DNA of 64,000 nt from Marsupella aquatica (lineage: Eukaryota; Plantae; Marchantiophyta): positions 4,858,510 through 4,922,509 of the forward strand of contig OZ316892.1 in the NCBI GenBank assembly GCA_973895155.1. Reading direction: 5' to 3'. The notes under the pieces were generated by a model. It was not told the DNA's origin. It searched no databases and was given only the letters and a program-made list of their open reading frames with translations. Shown one piece after another: positions 1-11,404 of the stretch. Each line of letters begins with the position of its first letter. Position 1 is the first letter of the stretch. Made by a program: the position numbers and the translations under genes.

Positions 1-2420
1 ATAATAGACATTGATATCAATAGTGCATGAACTCTTCTATTGCTATGATCTTGGTGGAATAATATTTAATCAGTTTGATTTGATCATCATCACATGATAT
101 TTTTGTCATGAGCAGATTTTTTTTTAATCTCAATAAATTTTGTATTCAATTTTTTGAATATTATCTAATTGAACTCAAAACCCTATATCATTAAATTATC
201 TATTTTAATTTCATGGATAAAAAATTATTTCCTCAAACTAAAAATATGTATTACTGATAATTTAATAATTATTTATATAAAAAATAATTTTAATTACATA
301 AAATATAAAACAATTTATTATATGTAATGAACAATATATATTATTAAAAATATTTATCTATTTAAAATATTAAATTCAAATAATATTTATTACATATTAA
401 TGAATAAATTAAGAAGTAACACCCTAACCAACTAGTAGGTTCTCTGTGCAATTTGTAGCTAAACACAACTTAAATTAATTTAACAAATACATATATATAT
501 ATTGGATGTAATAATTTACATTTGAATATAAAAATAATTTGTTATCATTATTTTCATTCAATAATCTAAAAATATTATATCAAAATATTATATATCATTA
601 TTTTTTATAAGACTTGTTATGGTTTGGTAATATTTTATTCCTGCAAGCTAGTCATTTTAATAATTGTTTTAGAATTTAATCAAGTAATAATATATATATA
701 TATATATTTGGAATTGATCTAGTTTTTATAATATATAAATTTATGTATAGAGTAATCTTTTCAAAATTTTATTTAAAGCATTTAAAGTATTTTGTTCAAT
801 GACAAAAATAATTTTTTTTCAACATTTTCAAGAATTTTAAGTTTATAATACTTACAAAACTCTCACAAAATCAATAAACAATCACCATAAACAACTGTGA
901 ACTAACATAACAAGTTTCAAAAATATATTAAAAATTATTAGTTTAAATAATTATTCTTGAAATAAAATATTTATTTTGAGTTAACTATTTGACTAATTTT
1001 ATTATTTTAAATTATAATATAAATTAATATTGTTTAAAAGATTTATTTTTAGATAATTATTTTTGCTATAATAACAATTTTGATGCTTTCTTCTAAAAAA
1101 AATTTAATAAAATTTTAAATATATATATTTTTATTTCATTTCATCTAAATTTTCAGTATATTTTTAAGAACAAATTTTTTCAATATAATTAAAATATAGT
1201 TAAATAATTGAATTTTATTAAGTTATTAAATATACTATATTTAATTTACATATGATTATCCATAAAATATTTTTAAAATATTTATTTCATTTGATTTTGA
1301 TTTTATAAATTTAATTATATTAATTTTAATCAAATATAAATTTTTAATAATATTTTTTTTAAATAATAATAATTATTATTTTATGAAATATTATAAATAA
1401 AATAACTAACTTTATTTTATTTAGAAAACTTATTTATATTATTAAATATTATTTTACTTAATTTATTATTATTTATTTCAAATATTAAATAAAATAATAA
1501 ATTTAAAAATAAATTTAAAAACTTTATATTTATATTTTATTGACATTTTAAATTAAATTTTAAAATATATATGTATTATTATTAGAAAAATGTAAACAAA
1601 TGTTAATAAATTTATTTTAATAAATATAAAATAATCCAATGATTCACAATGAATATTAATATGTAAATAAAATAATAATTAATTTTAAAGATATACATGT
1701 TATTAATTTTTTTAATATTATATTTTACTTTTTTATATATTTTGTATTCATATCCTAAAATATATTATTTTTAAAATAACAAATTATACAATATAGATAC
1801 AAACGTTTGAGAAAAAGCCCTGATGAACAAACACAACCTAGATGGACACAAAATAAACCTAAGATTGTGCTTGTATAACACAATTTTCACTTGTGCTCCA
1901 ATGGTGACCCGTAAAGAACTAGCTGACCGGGAGGAGGAGGAGGTTTTTGCTTGTTTCTTACTTTAGTCTATCCAAGCAAGAGCAACAGAGGAAATTTAAT
2001 GTACTTTATTTAATGTCTAAATCTTGATTAGCTTCCATTCATAAGACTTGTAATGTCTAAATCTTGGTTAGTTTACATTAATAAGACACCTGTAATCCAT
2101 TATGGGTATCATTAGGATTAGTGTTACAGTGTCAATAGGTTGTGTCCATCCGGGTTGTCTCTACAAAGGTTTGTGTCTATTTTGGCTTTAAGTTCCTCAA
2201 AATTACTTAGAATTTTGTATTAATAATATTAATATTTTAAATGTTATTTATATTAATTTAATATTATATATTATTCATGTCTTTTATAACATGAAATAAC
2301 TTAAAGTAATTTTAATAATGAAAACCAAATAAATAAATGGTAATTTTTAAATCCCATAATGAAATTGAATTTGTTAAAATAATAATATATATAAATTTAG
2401 TATTAATGTTCATGTAAGAT
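1..2420. other. Extremely AT-rich low-complexity intergenic DNA
   Basis: Long A/T runs and (TA)n tracts; no ORF of 60 aa or more in the track. Confidence 0.8.
1792..2182. mobile_element. Possible degenerate MITE/foldback remnant
   Basis: Imperfect inverted matches: tagatacaaacgtttg (~1794) vs caaaggtttgtgtcta (~2164), and acaacctagatggacacaa (~1833) vs ttgtgtccatccgggttgt (~2140). No TSD identified. Confidence 0.3.
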
Positions 2421-2756
2421 AAATCTCTTTAGACATACAAATTCAATACCAATCTAACATTGGTAACCATCTCATTAAAGAATATTCAATTGCATTTAAA
2501 TTGGATTCCTTGACTTCAAATGTAAGACCCTACCTAGACTGAGAAGAAAACTAGGTTAAATCAAAGAGTCCTTCACACTAAGGGCCAAACAAATTCAATG
2601 TGAAGGTGAAAATTGTTAAATACACAACATATAAGGCCGGTGTATGCACTCCAATGCTTCTTCAACTATCTAAACCAATCTCCTCTCTTCCCGCTTGTCT
2701 TAGCTTCTAATTGCACGTTGGTAATTCTGATTTCTTTAGAAATAGCCTTGCACATA

Positions 2757-5700
2757 TGTAGTATCACACTAGGGACATAAATTAACATTTAAGATCCAAA
2801 CACGGTATTCGTTCTTATGGAAGAACATGTAAGAAATGATTTTCTATTGTTTAGCACTTTTGAATGAGTAAGGTAACAAAAACACAAGGTTGAGCTTTTT
2901 ACTATGGTTGCTCAGCAAGGCATAGATTTGAATGTTTGCTTAACATTGTAAATAAGAATAACAAAATGGAATCAATTAATAAAACACAATAAAAATCTTG
3001 AGGTATGGTAAGGAAGTTAGGAAACAACCAAGGTGACTCCTCAACATCACTTCATTTGATGTGATTTAGGTGGTATATCCGTAAGAAATATTTTTGGAAA
3101 GAATTACTTTACTATGATGATTACTAAAATGTCGTCAACATGTCTCAACTTTTCCTTCCAAGGTACTTAGTGGAGACTAGTAATCAGTCACTTCTATATC
3201 CAATCGGTACTTTGTGTCACGAATAAGAGACACCATCATCATCAAATTTGAAGTCATAAGTCATTGGTAAGTAATCATTCTTAGCATCCGTGCTCAAGCA
3301 AGGCAATGTCAACAACTATGCATCAAGAACTAAAGAATATGTGAAACATCACCAACAAGGAATCTATTTCCATATATACAAAAGATTTAACATTCACAAT
3401 GATTTTACTTCAAGGGCCCAAACTTCTCATTCATTCAAACTTGAAGGAGGAAAAAATCATTTGTATTAAGTACTTATGAAATCATAGAGTTCTCTTTACA
3501 AGGTGGAGGTAACAAAACTACAATCTTGCAACTAAGCGTTCATGAAATTTCTTCACACACAAAATGACATGTGGTCCACTATCTATAGGCTAGTAGGAAT
3601 CAAAGGGAAAAGAGATAATGAAAGGACATGCACTTTCATATCTTAAGGGTCATGGGTAAAAGTAAAGTAACAAAAATACTCTACAGGAGTAGCTAAGGTT
3701 CAGTGTAATGTTCATGGAATATAAAACTAACTAAAAGATATGTCAAATGTTGACTATTGTAAAAGTGAAATTGTGGTAAAATTAATGAATATGGGTTTTG
3801 TCCTAATTTTAGTTTCTAAAATAAAAAGTTAGAAAAAGGTGAGACTTTTCTTAAGTGGTCTCTGATGTATTCATGCTAGAAAATTATGAGACTTTTTTGA
3901 GGTGTTTAAGTGCCTCAATAAAATAGACAAAAATGTTAAAAATGTTATAGAAAATGGAAACTGGAAAATTATCTAAGTGTTGGGCGCATAAGCGCATTTG
4001 CGTCTAAGCGGAAAACAACAAAACAAAAACATTTTTAACTTTCAAACCACTTGTAGGTTTGAGTTGAGATTTTCAAAGTAGGTTTTACTACGTAAGGGCT
4101 ATCTCCTGGAAAAGTATGAGACTTTTCTGACTACTTAAACTATTTAACTAAAATTGCATGGATCTATACAATTTAACTATTGTTGTAGGAGAGTTAATCG
4201 TGTTGGAGTAGTGTTGTCTGATCTGGTTGTTGAACTCTTGTGTAGGTATTCTCTTGCATAGCTTCTCGAATTACATCCATGTCTTGAGCGTGATGCCGAT
4301 AGAAAGGTAAAGACTCCCGCTGTCGTTCAAGATCCAGAACAGGAAGTAGTCTCCGATGTAGCATGGTATTTGCCTTGCTAGCTTGCATGTAAATACCGAT
4401 GAAGTCGTAATTGCAGCAAGTAGCATGGTAGTTTTGAGGAAACCTGACAGGAATGTCTCAGAGTCTCTAGCAAGTGGTAGAAGTAAAGTGACTCTAGGTA
4501 AGAGTTCACGTCACTTCAGAGTATACTCTGTTAATCGCTAAGAAGTAATGTTATCCCAGATCCTTTGTTTCTCAGTGATTGGAGTAATGAATCGTTGGAG
4601 GACAACAAGTTGTACTGGAGAAGCTTTGTGATTCATGTGGAACCTCCTCTTGGTTTCTCTTAAGAAGACAATAATGAACTCCAGGATATAAGCAGGTAGA
4701 TTCCTTAAATAGGCTAAGGCCAAATCTCCATTTTCCAGTACAATGTGTCCAACTAGGATTATGACAGCGAGAATGGGACAAAAATATTTAGCTTATGTCC
4801 AGATTTCATCCATCTCTGCTATCTCTAAGCGGGTGACTCTAACAAATGGAGTTTCAAGATGTAGAGGCATTCAACTCTCTTTTTATGATAGTCCTTCCAA
4901 AACTCTAAGATTGGAGGAGTTCTAAGACCTAAAACTCTGACAAATTCAACAAACTGTTTTAATACTCTCCTGAGGGGTTTTTGGATCAATATGCAGGGTA
5001 GGGATAAAATTGACTTGGCATGATTTATCTTGAGTGGGTGGAAGGGTGTCAGGGAAAGAAATGACAATATGTTCACTTGCAGGAGTGATCTCAGGTTCTA
5101 GAAAACTAGGAAAAAGTTGGTTTGGTTAATTTCAAGGACTGTAAGGAGAGGTAGGTGAGTGGCTAGAAGGAGGGCTGGAATAATAAATGGGAGAACTTGA
5201 TGCTGAGGTATGATAGCAAACTGCAGAATAAACTTGCTTGGTGTTGCAGCCAAACATCTTAGTGAATCTGTGGACAAGATATTCGTAGTATTCCAAGTGC
5301 TGTTCGTGGCTTGAAATACGAGATAATCTATACATAACCTCGTCTAATACCTCAATCAAATGATCAGGGTCACACTCCAACATCTTGCACATCTCATGCA
5401 CCCACAAGTCCAAAGTAATACTCAGCTGAAGGTCGGGGTAAAACTTCCATGATTTGTTGAAGATTTGTCCTCAATGGTCATAATCTCTCATCTACCGAGG
5501 ATCTCACAATGGTGTCTGTATTGTGGATATCTATCAGAGAGAGATGATCTATAGCCCCAGGTACTTCTAATTGTCCTTCAATGGATGGGTAATTTGGTGG
5601 AACAGGACTCTGGGTCAGTGAATAGATAGAAGTGGGGCTGTATGGAGTGATACAGTGGTAGGCTGGTGATGGTTGGGTAACAAAGGTAGTCCTCAATCTT

Positions 5701-7198
5701 TCTACAATGGTGAGAATTTCATTTGGATCGCAAGTTAGCATCCTGGACAAACTGTCTACTACATGCTAGTTAAAAATAGTCTTCCCATCATCAATCAATT
5801 TCTCTGGATGAATATGATCACTGGCAGGAATAACAGGAAGAGGAGCGTGGTTTGTCGCACTACTATTGGTATGGTAAGGTGTAATCTCAATATTATGATT
5901 AACATCCTCATCCATAAGTTCTGGGGCGTGTGACATAATTTCCTAGTGACCAGCTTTTGATGTTTCCTCCACTCTCAAATCATCAGGTCTTGAATCAGTC
6001 TATGAGTGTTCCACATCTAATTCCTCCAATAATGCAATCCTTTCGGCTTTCTCCTGGGGGAGCAAACAATTCCCATACCAGTAAAGCTGACTGAGGAAAA
6101 CTTGAAGGTAGGTAGGTTTACCATTCTGTACAACATTGATCTGGCTAAGAATGGTTTGTCTCAACAGCATACCCCAATTCACTTCAGTATGTCCCTTCCA
6201 AGAAGTCACAAAAGTATTCGCCAAGGATACAGCTACCATGTAGGGTCGAGCAAGATGAAAAATTGGTACTAGAAACTCGAGAATAATCTTGAACGCATGA
6301 TCAATACATTGATTAAGCTTCCATCCAGCTTTTGAATTTCTTGTCCCAGCAAACATTGAATTGGATAGAGCACTTCTCCCAGATTGTAGACCACAGCCCT
6401 CGGAAGGACAACTAAAAGCATCGGAAACAAACTCCAAGTCCTATTTCTCTCGATCCACTCGTACAGTCTCCTGAAATACTTCTAGTATCTGTGACCCATC
6501 AGCAAACTCGCGCAAGTAGGTAGGACATACAGAAGTCCACGGAATAGATAGAAGCTGCCCCAGGTGCATAACTTCTAGAGCGTCAAGCCAATAACATTGA
6601 ATCCCTCTCGAGTACAGGATATTTCACAGGGACAGCCCTAGGAATGGGAGAATCGCAACTCATCTCATCTACATCCGCCATGAAGGGTCGTAGCTATAAT
6701 TCTTGAGATTTTCTTCACCGTTGATTCGAGAGTCTAAGTCACAAAAGGTTGCGGCGCATTGGCGTGCTCGCGTATAAGCATATAAGCGCCACAACGCATA
6801 AGCATCTCTACGTATCAGCGTATGGGCATCGAGGCGTTTGGTATCAAAACAGGAAAGTAGAAGTGTTCGTCGCAAGCAGGTGGCCTAGTAAATCTCTCTC
6901 TCTCTCCTTGTCATCAACGGCTACTTTTAGTTACCCACAAGGTAGGGAGCGCATAGGCATATGAGCGCATTAGTGTCTTTGCGTTTTAGCGCATATGCTG
7001 ATTCTGCGACTCCCGATTTGACATGGCTTTAAAAGTAACTAGTTTTAGTAAACTACATGTAGGTATGTACATTAGGGTGACTTATCTACTTCTAATTCTC
7101 CTAATTAATATAAATAACCTGAGTTGAATCACTACTTATCTAAAAAAGTTGAAAATTTTCAAGTTTTCTCAATAATTTTGAATAACTATTGTATTACA
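2757..7198 (-). mobile_element. Family X long copy (X1, 4442 bp): solo-LTR-like unit with internal degraded ORF
   Basis: Minus-strand ends TGTAATAC...GTGTGATACTACA. Perfect 5-bp TSD ACATA (2752-2756 / 7199-7203). 2757-~4400 is homologous to X2-X4. Confidence 0.9.
4194..6681 (-). pseudogene. Degraded accessory ORF inside X1; N-terminal domain resembles the family A protein
   Basis: Collinear same-strand ORF pieces broken by stops and frameshifts: LGQLLSIPWTSVCPTYLREF...FVSDAFSCPSEG...KAGWKLNQC...LEFLVPIFH...VNWGMLL...GKPTYLQVFLSQLY, then repeated (R/K)M(L/F)xCx(P/T) motifs, ending MLHRRLLPVLD. Confidence 0.6.
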
Positions 7199-9261
7199 AC
7201 ATATCATACACTGTGAGGCTGGCAATAGACACAGCAGTGAGAGCCTCCATCTCCATCCCACTTAGGCCTGAAGCAGTGGCCTCTGCCCTGATCTCAACCG
7301 AATGCAGCTTGTTGTTTAGAGTGAGGGTGATATCAACCCCACTCAACAGAATACTATGACATAGAGGAATGAGAGAGCTGGTTTGTTTGGCACCGTGAAT
7401 TCCTGCAATTTTGGCTACTATGAGCACATCTCCCTTGGCTATGTTGTTGGCAGCAACCAGATTAAAGGCTTCCAAGCCCAGGAAAGCTTTACTTGAAGCA
7501 ACTGCAACTTGATTGAAATCTGTCTTGTTGACAACATTCACCATGGAGGCTTTCCCAGCAGCGTCCACATGTGAGAGAGAATTCACCTTCAAAGCATTCT
7601 TCTCAGCTTGAGCAAGAGCAAGGGGAGCTTGCTGGAGATCCTCCGAGCTGAGGTTGACCCTCGAGACCTGTTCTCCTCCTATCTATGGAGGGCTCTTTGG
7701 TCGAGTGCCAAACACAAGCTCCAGTTCCTGGAAAATCCCGTAAGTCCCAATAATTAAAATTAGATGATGCCTTAAGGACATTGTCCTAGTCTGTCAGCCA
7801 CAGACCCTGGTAATAAAATGAATGGTAGGGCCAAGGGAATGAGCGAATTTATTTCTATACATCAACGTACCAATGACCAACTGGACACTGAAATGTGCAG
7901 GGAAAGACAGGGTAGTGGATGAGAGTCAAGAGGACCCAATACTCAGAGAAAATGAATCTCCAATGGTTGATGCCACCCTAAATTTGAACATGGGACATCC
8001 AGTCCAAAAACGACACATCCAGACCATGACCATCACACAGTATCAAAAACCAATGAATAGGGAGACTGCTAATGTAATGTTACAGTCCAAAAGATTTCTG
8101 AGACATAGAGGAGAGCATGCTCAAGGGTTGAGCCGTCTATGCAAAAGAGTGCACAATTCTGCAACCTAAATGCTGGCTATCTATAAACCCCTAAAATTGA
8201 CTCACTTGGTTGAAATCTTTGACACACTCATCGTCAACTTCTTTGTTGCTGAACAATCTCTTAACACAGTCACCTAAAATTGGATAGCCATCACAGATGC
8301 CTAAGGACGCGTGCGGCACAACCAGAAAATTTGGCTTGATCCCTAGCAGAGCTCTCCTGATGCCAAACATACCTTCTCCTCCTCCTCCGCTCGGTACATC
8401 AAGTGAACCCACAACTTGACATCCACCTCTATCTATAGCTCAACAAGGACTTCTCATTGCATAACTAGGATTACATGGCAAAACGCCTTGTCAGCCTTCT
8501 CTGCGTCTGTCCATTCATTTACCTCCGCTATGCCTTGATCCAATTCACTTTTGCATATTCTTCACACTTCGTCTAGCCTTGTACATATTGCAACCTCCAT
8601 GTGTGTGTCCGCCTATCTATGTTCATCACTTTGTGTCAATTTGGCAGCTTCTTTGTTTATCACCAACGCCTCACCAACACTTCAGTACTCATCGGTAACA
8701 GAGCTTAGTTAAAAGATTACATTGTTTGTGTAATCAAACTGGGTTGGGAGTGTTGGATGGGAGCCAAGAAACTAACCTTGGCAATAAAACAATTTTTTTT
8801 TCTTGAAAGTCCTGGCAAGCTTTTTGTACTCGGGAGCTAGCTTCTTCCAATGACCACACCTGCAATAGAATTGAAAACCTTGTCACACTAAGAGGAAGTA
8901 ACACGGCAAGAGGAAATTTCCAGATTGATTCGGCTTTGCTCATCACTTCCCCTTGAAATAATGTGATAACACGTCGCTTGAGCTTCGTCACTCTGAACTC
9001 CTGAATCAACTCTTCAAAGAAGTGAGACTAAAGTACACTCCCTAGTGTCCTACTTTTTTGTTGACTGAAAGCGAAATTAAATTGAAGTATGGCAAATTGT
9101 AACTAGGCAGTGGACGCAGCTCACACACCAACAACAAATTTCACTGACGTTGTGCGACTTGGCTCCCCACCCCAAACAAAGAGAAAAACAAAAGGGGAAA
9201 ATTGGCTCCTGCCGCGATAGATCACGCCCCTAAAGTTCGACAACGGTCCACATTCTCCATA

Positions 9262-9713
9262 CCTCAAAAATGGTATGAGATTCAATTTTGTCAACCAGGC
9301 CAAAGAATGTGCGCTGATCCATTCTGGTCAGCTGTATGAAAAGTGTGGCATGCAAGTTGTGAAATTATGGGGTCACAAAATCAGCTGACTTAGTAGTCAC
9401 TAGTCTTGGCACAAAGAACCTGGTGTTATAAAGCACAAAATACAATTCAAACATAGAAGTAGGAGTTCCCCTTGAAATTCATGTGGATCATTTGAGATCT
9501 CTGAATCTTCACTACTAGAGTCCATAGGTAACTCAATGTCCTATCTGATAAAAGGGAGGCATTGCCCTGATCCACCACCGAGAGGTAGCCCATTGAAAGG
9601 TCAAGAGAGTCTGCATCGGATGAAGAGTCTGAGGACTCCATAGCAATGTTTAATAGTTGAAGTTGATGCCTAATTGCCCTCAACTGTTTTTGGTGCTTTG
9701 AAACACGAGGCAT
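9262..9713 (-). pseudogene. PIF/Harbinger-type transposase N-terminal fragment
   Basis: MPRVSKHQKQL start, acidic/Ser linker, then TRFFVPRLVTTKS..*..LFIQLTRMDQRTFFGLVDKIESHTIF, matching the FxxxxRMxxxxFxxL pattern upstream of Harbinger DDE domains. Catalytic part and TIRs not found. Confidence 0.55.
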
Positions 9714-11404
9714 AGTAAACAAAACAGAGTTCTAGAAAAGGTACAACAGCAATGGGGCACATTGTTCAGAGTCTAACTGGTACACATAAATTGCACAATA
9801 CCCATAAACTGAATGGTAGAGAGTATACACACCCGTCTTGACTAGCTCAAACATATTATCAGACACAGCTTGCCTGATAAAATGGTACCTGACGTCAATG
9901 TGCTTCACTCTGCTGTCCATCACCTGGTTCATAGCAAGGTGGAGCGCACTCTGACTATCATAATGGAGCTTCACATTCCCCTGTGGCAATCCCATCTCAG
10001 TGATTAGTCTATCCAACAACCAAATCATTTCCTTTGCTGCTTCCGTTGCTGCAACATACTCCACTTCTATAGTAGGCTGAGCAATACACTTCTGCAAAGT
10101 AGACCTCCAACTTATGCATCCAACACCAAGTGTGAACACATAACCTGTTGTTGACCTTCTCTGATCCAGATCCTGTGCATATGGTCAGCATCTACATAGC
10201 CCATCAATGATCTAGCATTATCAGCATGTGCATCAAACAATAGACCATGATCCACAGTACCCTTCAAGTACCGAATAATCCACTTCACTGCTTCTCAGTG
10301 TACCTTCCCTGGATTCGACATAAACCTGCTCACCTTGCCCATAGCCATGGCAAGATCAGGTCTAGTGTAAGTCATCAAATACAGAGACTTCCCACTTGTA
10401 ATACAGTAATTATAAATTTTGAACTTTTTCTAAGTCAAAGATGCAGTATAGTTACCTTTTGTAGAAATTTAGATCAACTGAACACTTTGTCTAATGCTAT
10501 GCTTCATCGGAGGCTATTGTCTATATTGGACAAGGATCGACAATATAAATCCTTGCTCTTTGCATGCTACCAAGAAGGAATATTGGACATCATTGGAGAA
10601 GCAATGCAGACTAGAAGATTCAAGAATTGGACTCCAAAACACTTATTCAGCAAGAATGAGCTCTATATGTCTTTATGAAGATCAACCGATCTCTGCAAAT
10701 TTAGTTAAATAGTTAAAGTAGATAGAAAAGTCTCATACTTTTTCAAGAGGTAGTCCTTATGTAGTAGAACCTACCTTGAACATATCGGCTTAAACCGACA
10801 TTTAGTTTAGAAGTTATTAGCATTTTAATTTTGCTGTAGCGTAAAAGCGCAACGGCATTTCCGACACTTAGAAAATTTTCCAGAACAGAATATTTTATAT
10901 CGACAACATTTTTCATCGATTTTATTGAGGCATTTAGACACCTCAAAAAAGTCTAAAATTTTGCCAGCATGTAGCATGTATGTAAATCTTCCACCTACAA
11001 ATGTTTCACTCTATTATAAATTTTATATTATAAATTAAAATTCAGACAAAGTTGATATTTGTTAGTTTTACCACAAAGGTGCAAAGACACTTTTACTCCA
11101 ATTTACACTAGGGATGATTTTTTATTAGATTTTGATTCTAGGAACATTCTAGTGAACCTTGAGTACTCTTTTAACATATTTTGATACTTTTTACTTTAGT
11201 TCATGTCCTTTCATTATTTCTTTTTCCTTTGTTTCTTGCTACCCTATATGTAGTAGAGTTTCTGTCAGTTTTTGTGTGAAGGAATTTCATGAGCGCTTAG
11301 TTGCAAGATTGCAACTTTGTTACCTCCACCTTGTAAAGAGAACTCCATTCCTTATGAGTACTTAATACAAATAATTTATTCCCCCTTCAAGTCTGAATGG
11401 ATGA

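Larger units (their letters stand above)
2666..7727 (-). pseudogene. CNX3: Molybdenum cofactor biosynthesis protein C (plant CNX3/MoaC) pseudogene split by element X1
   Basis: Exon from an acceptor at 7727 reads ELELVFG...LSHVDAAGKASMVNV...KGDVLIVAKIAGIHGAKQTSSLIPLCH...GMEMEALTAVSIASLTVYDM. After removing 2757-7198 and one TSD copy it continues CKAISKEIRITNVQLEAKTSGKRGDWFR* (stop 2666-2668). There is also an in-frame TAG near 7684. Confidence 0.9.

Noticed and set aside
7194-7592. moaC as bacterial contamination or horizontal transfer
   Set aside because: It has a plant-type N-terminal extension and a splice acceptor, and is interrupted by a host TE.
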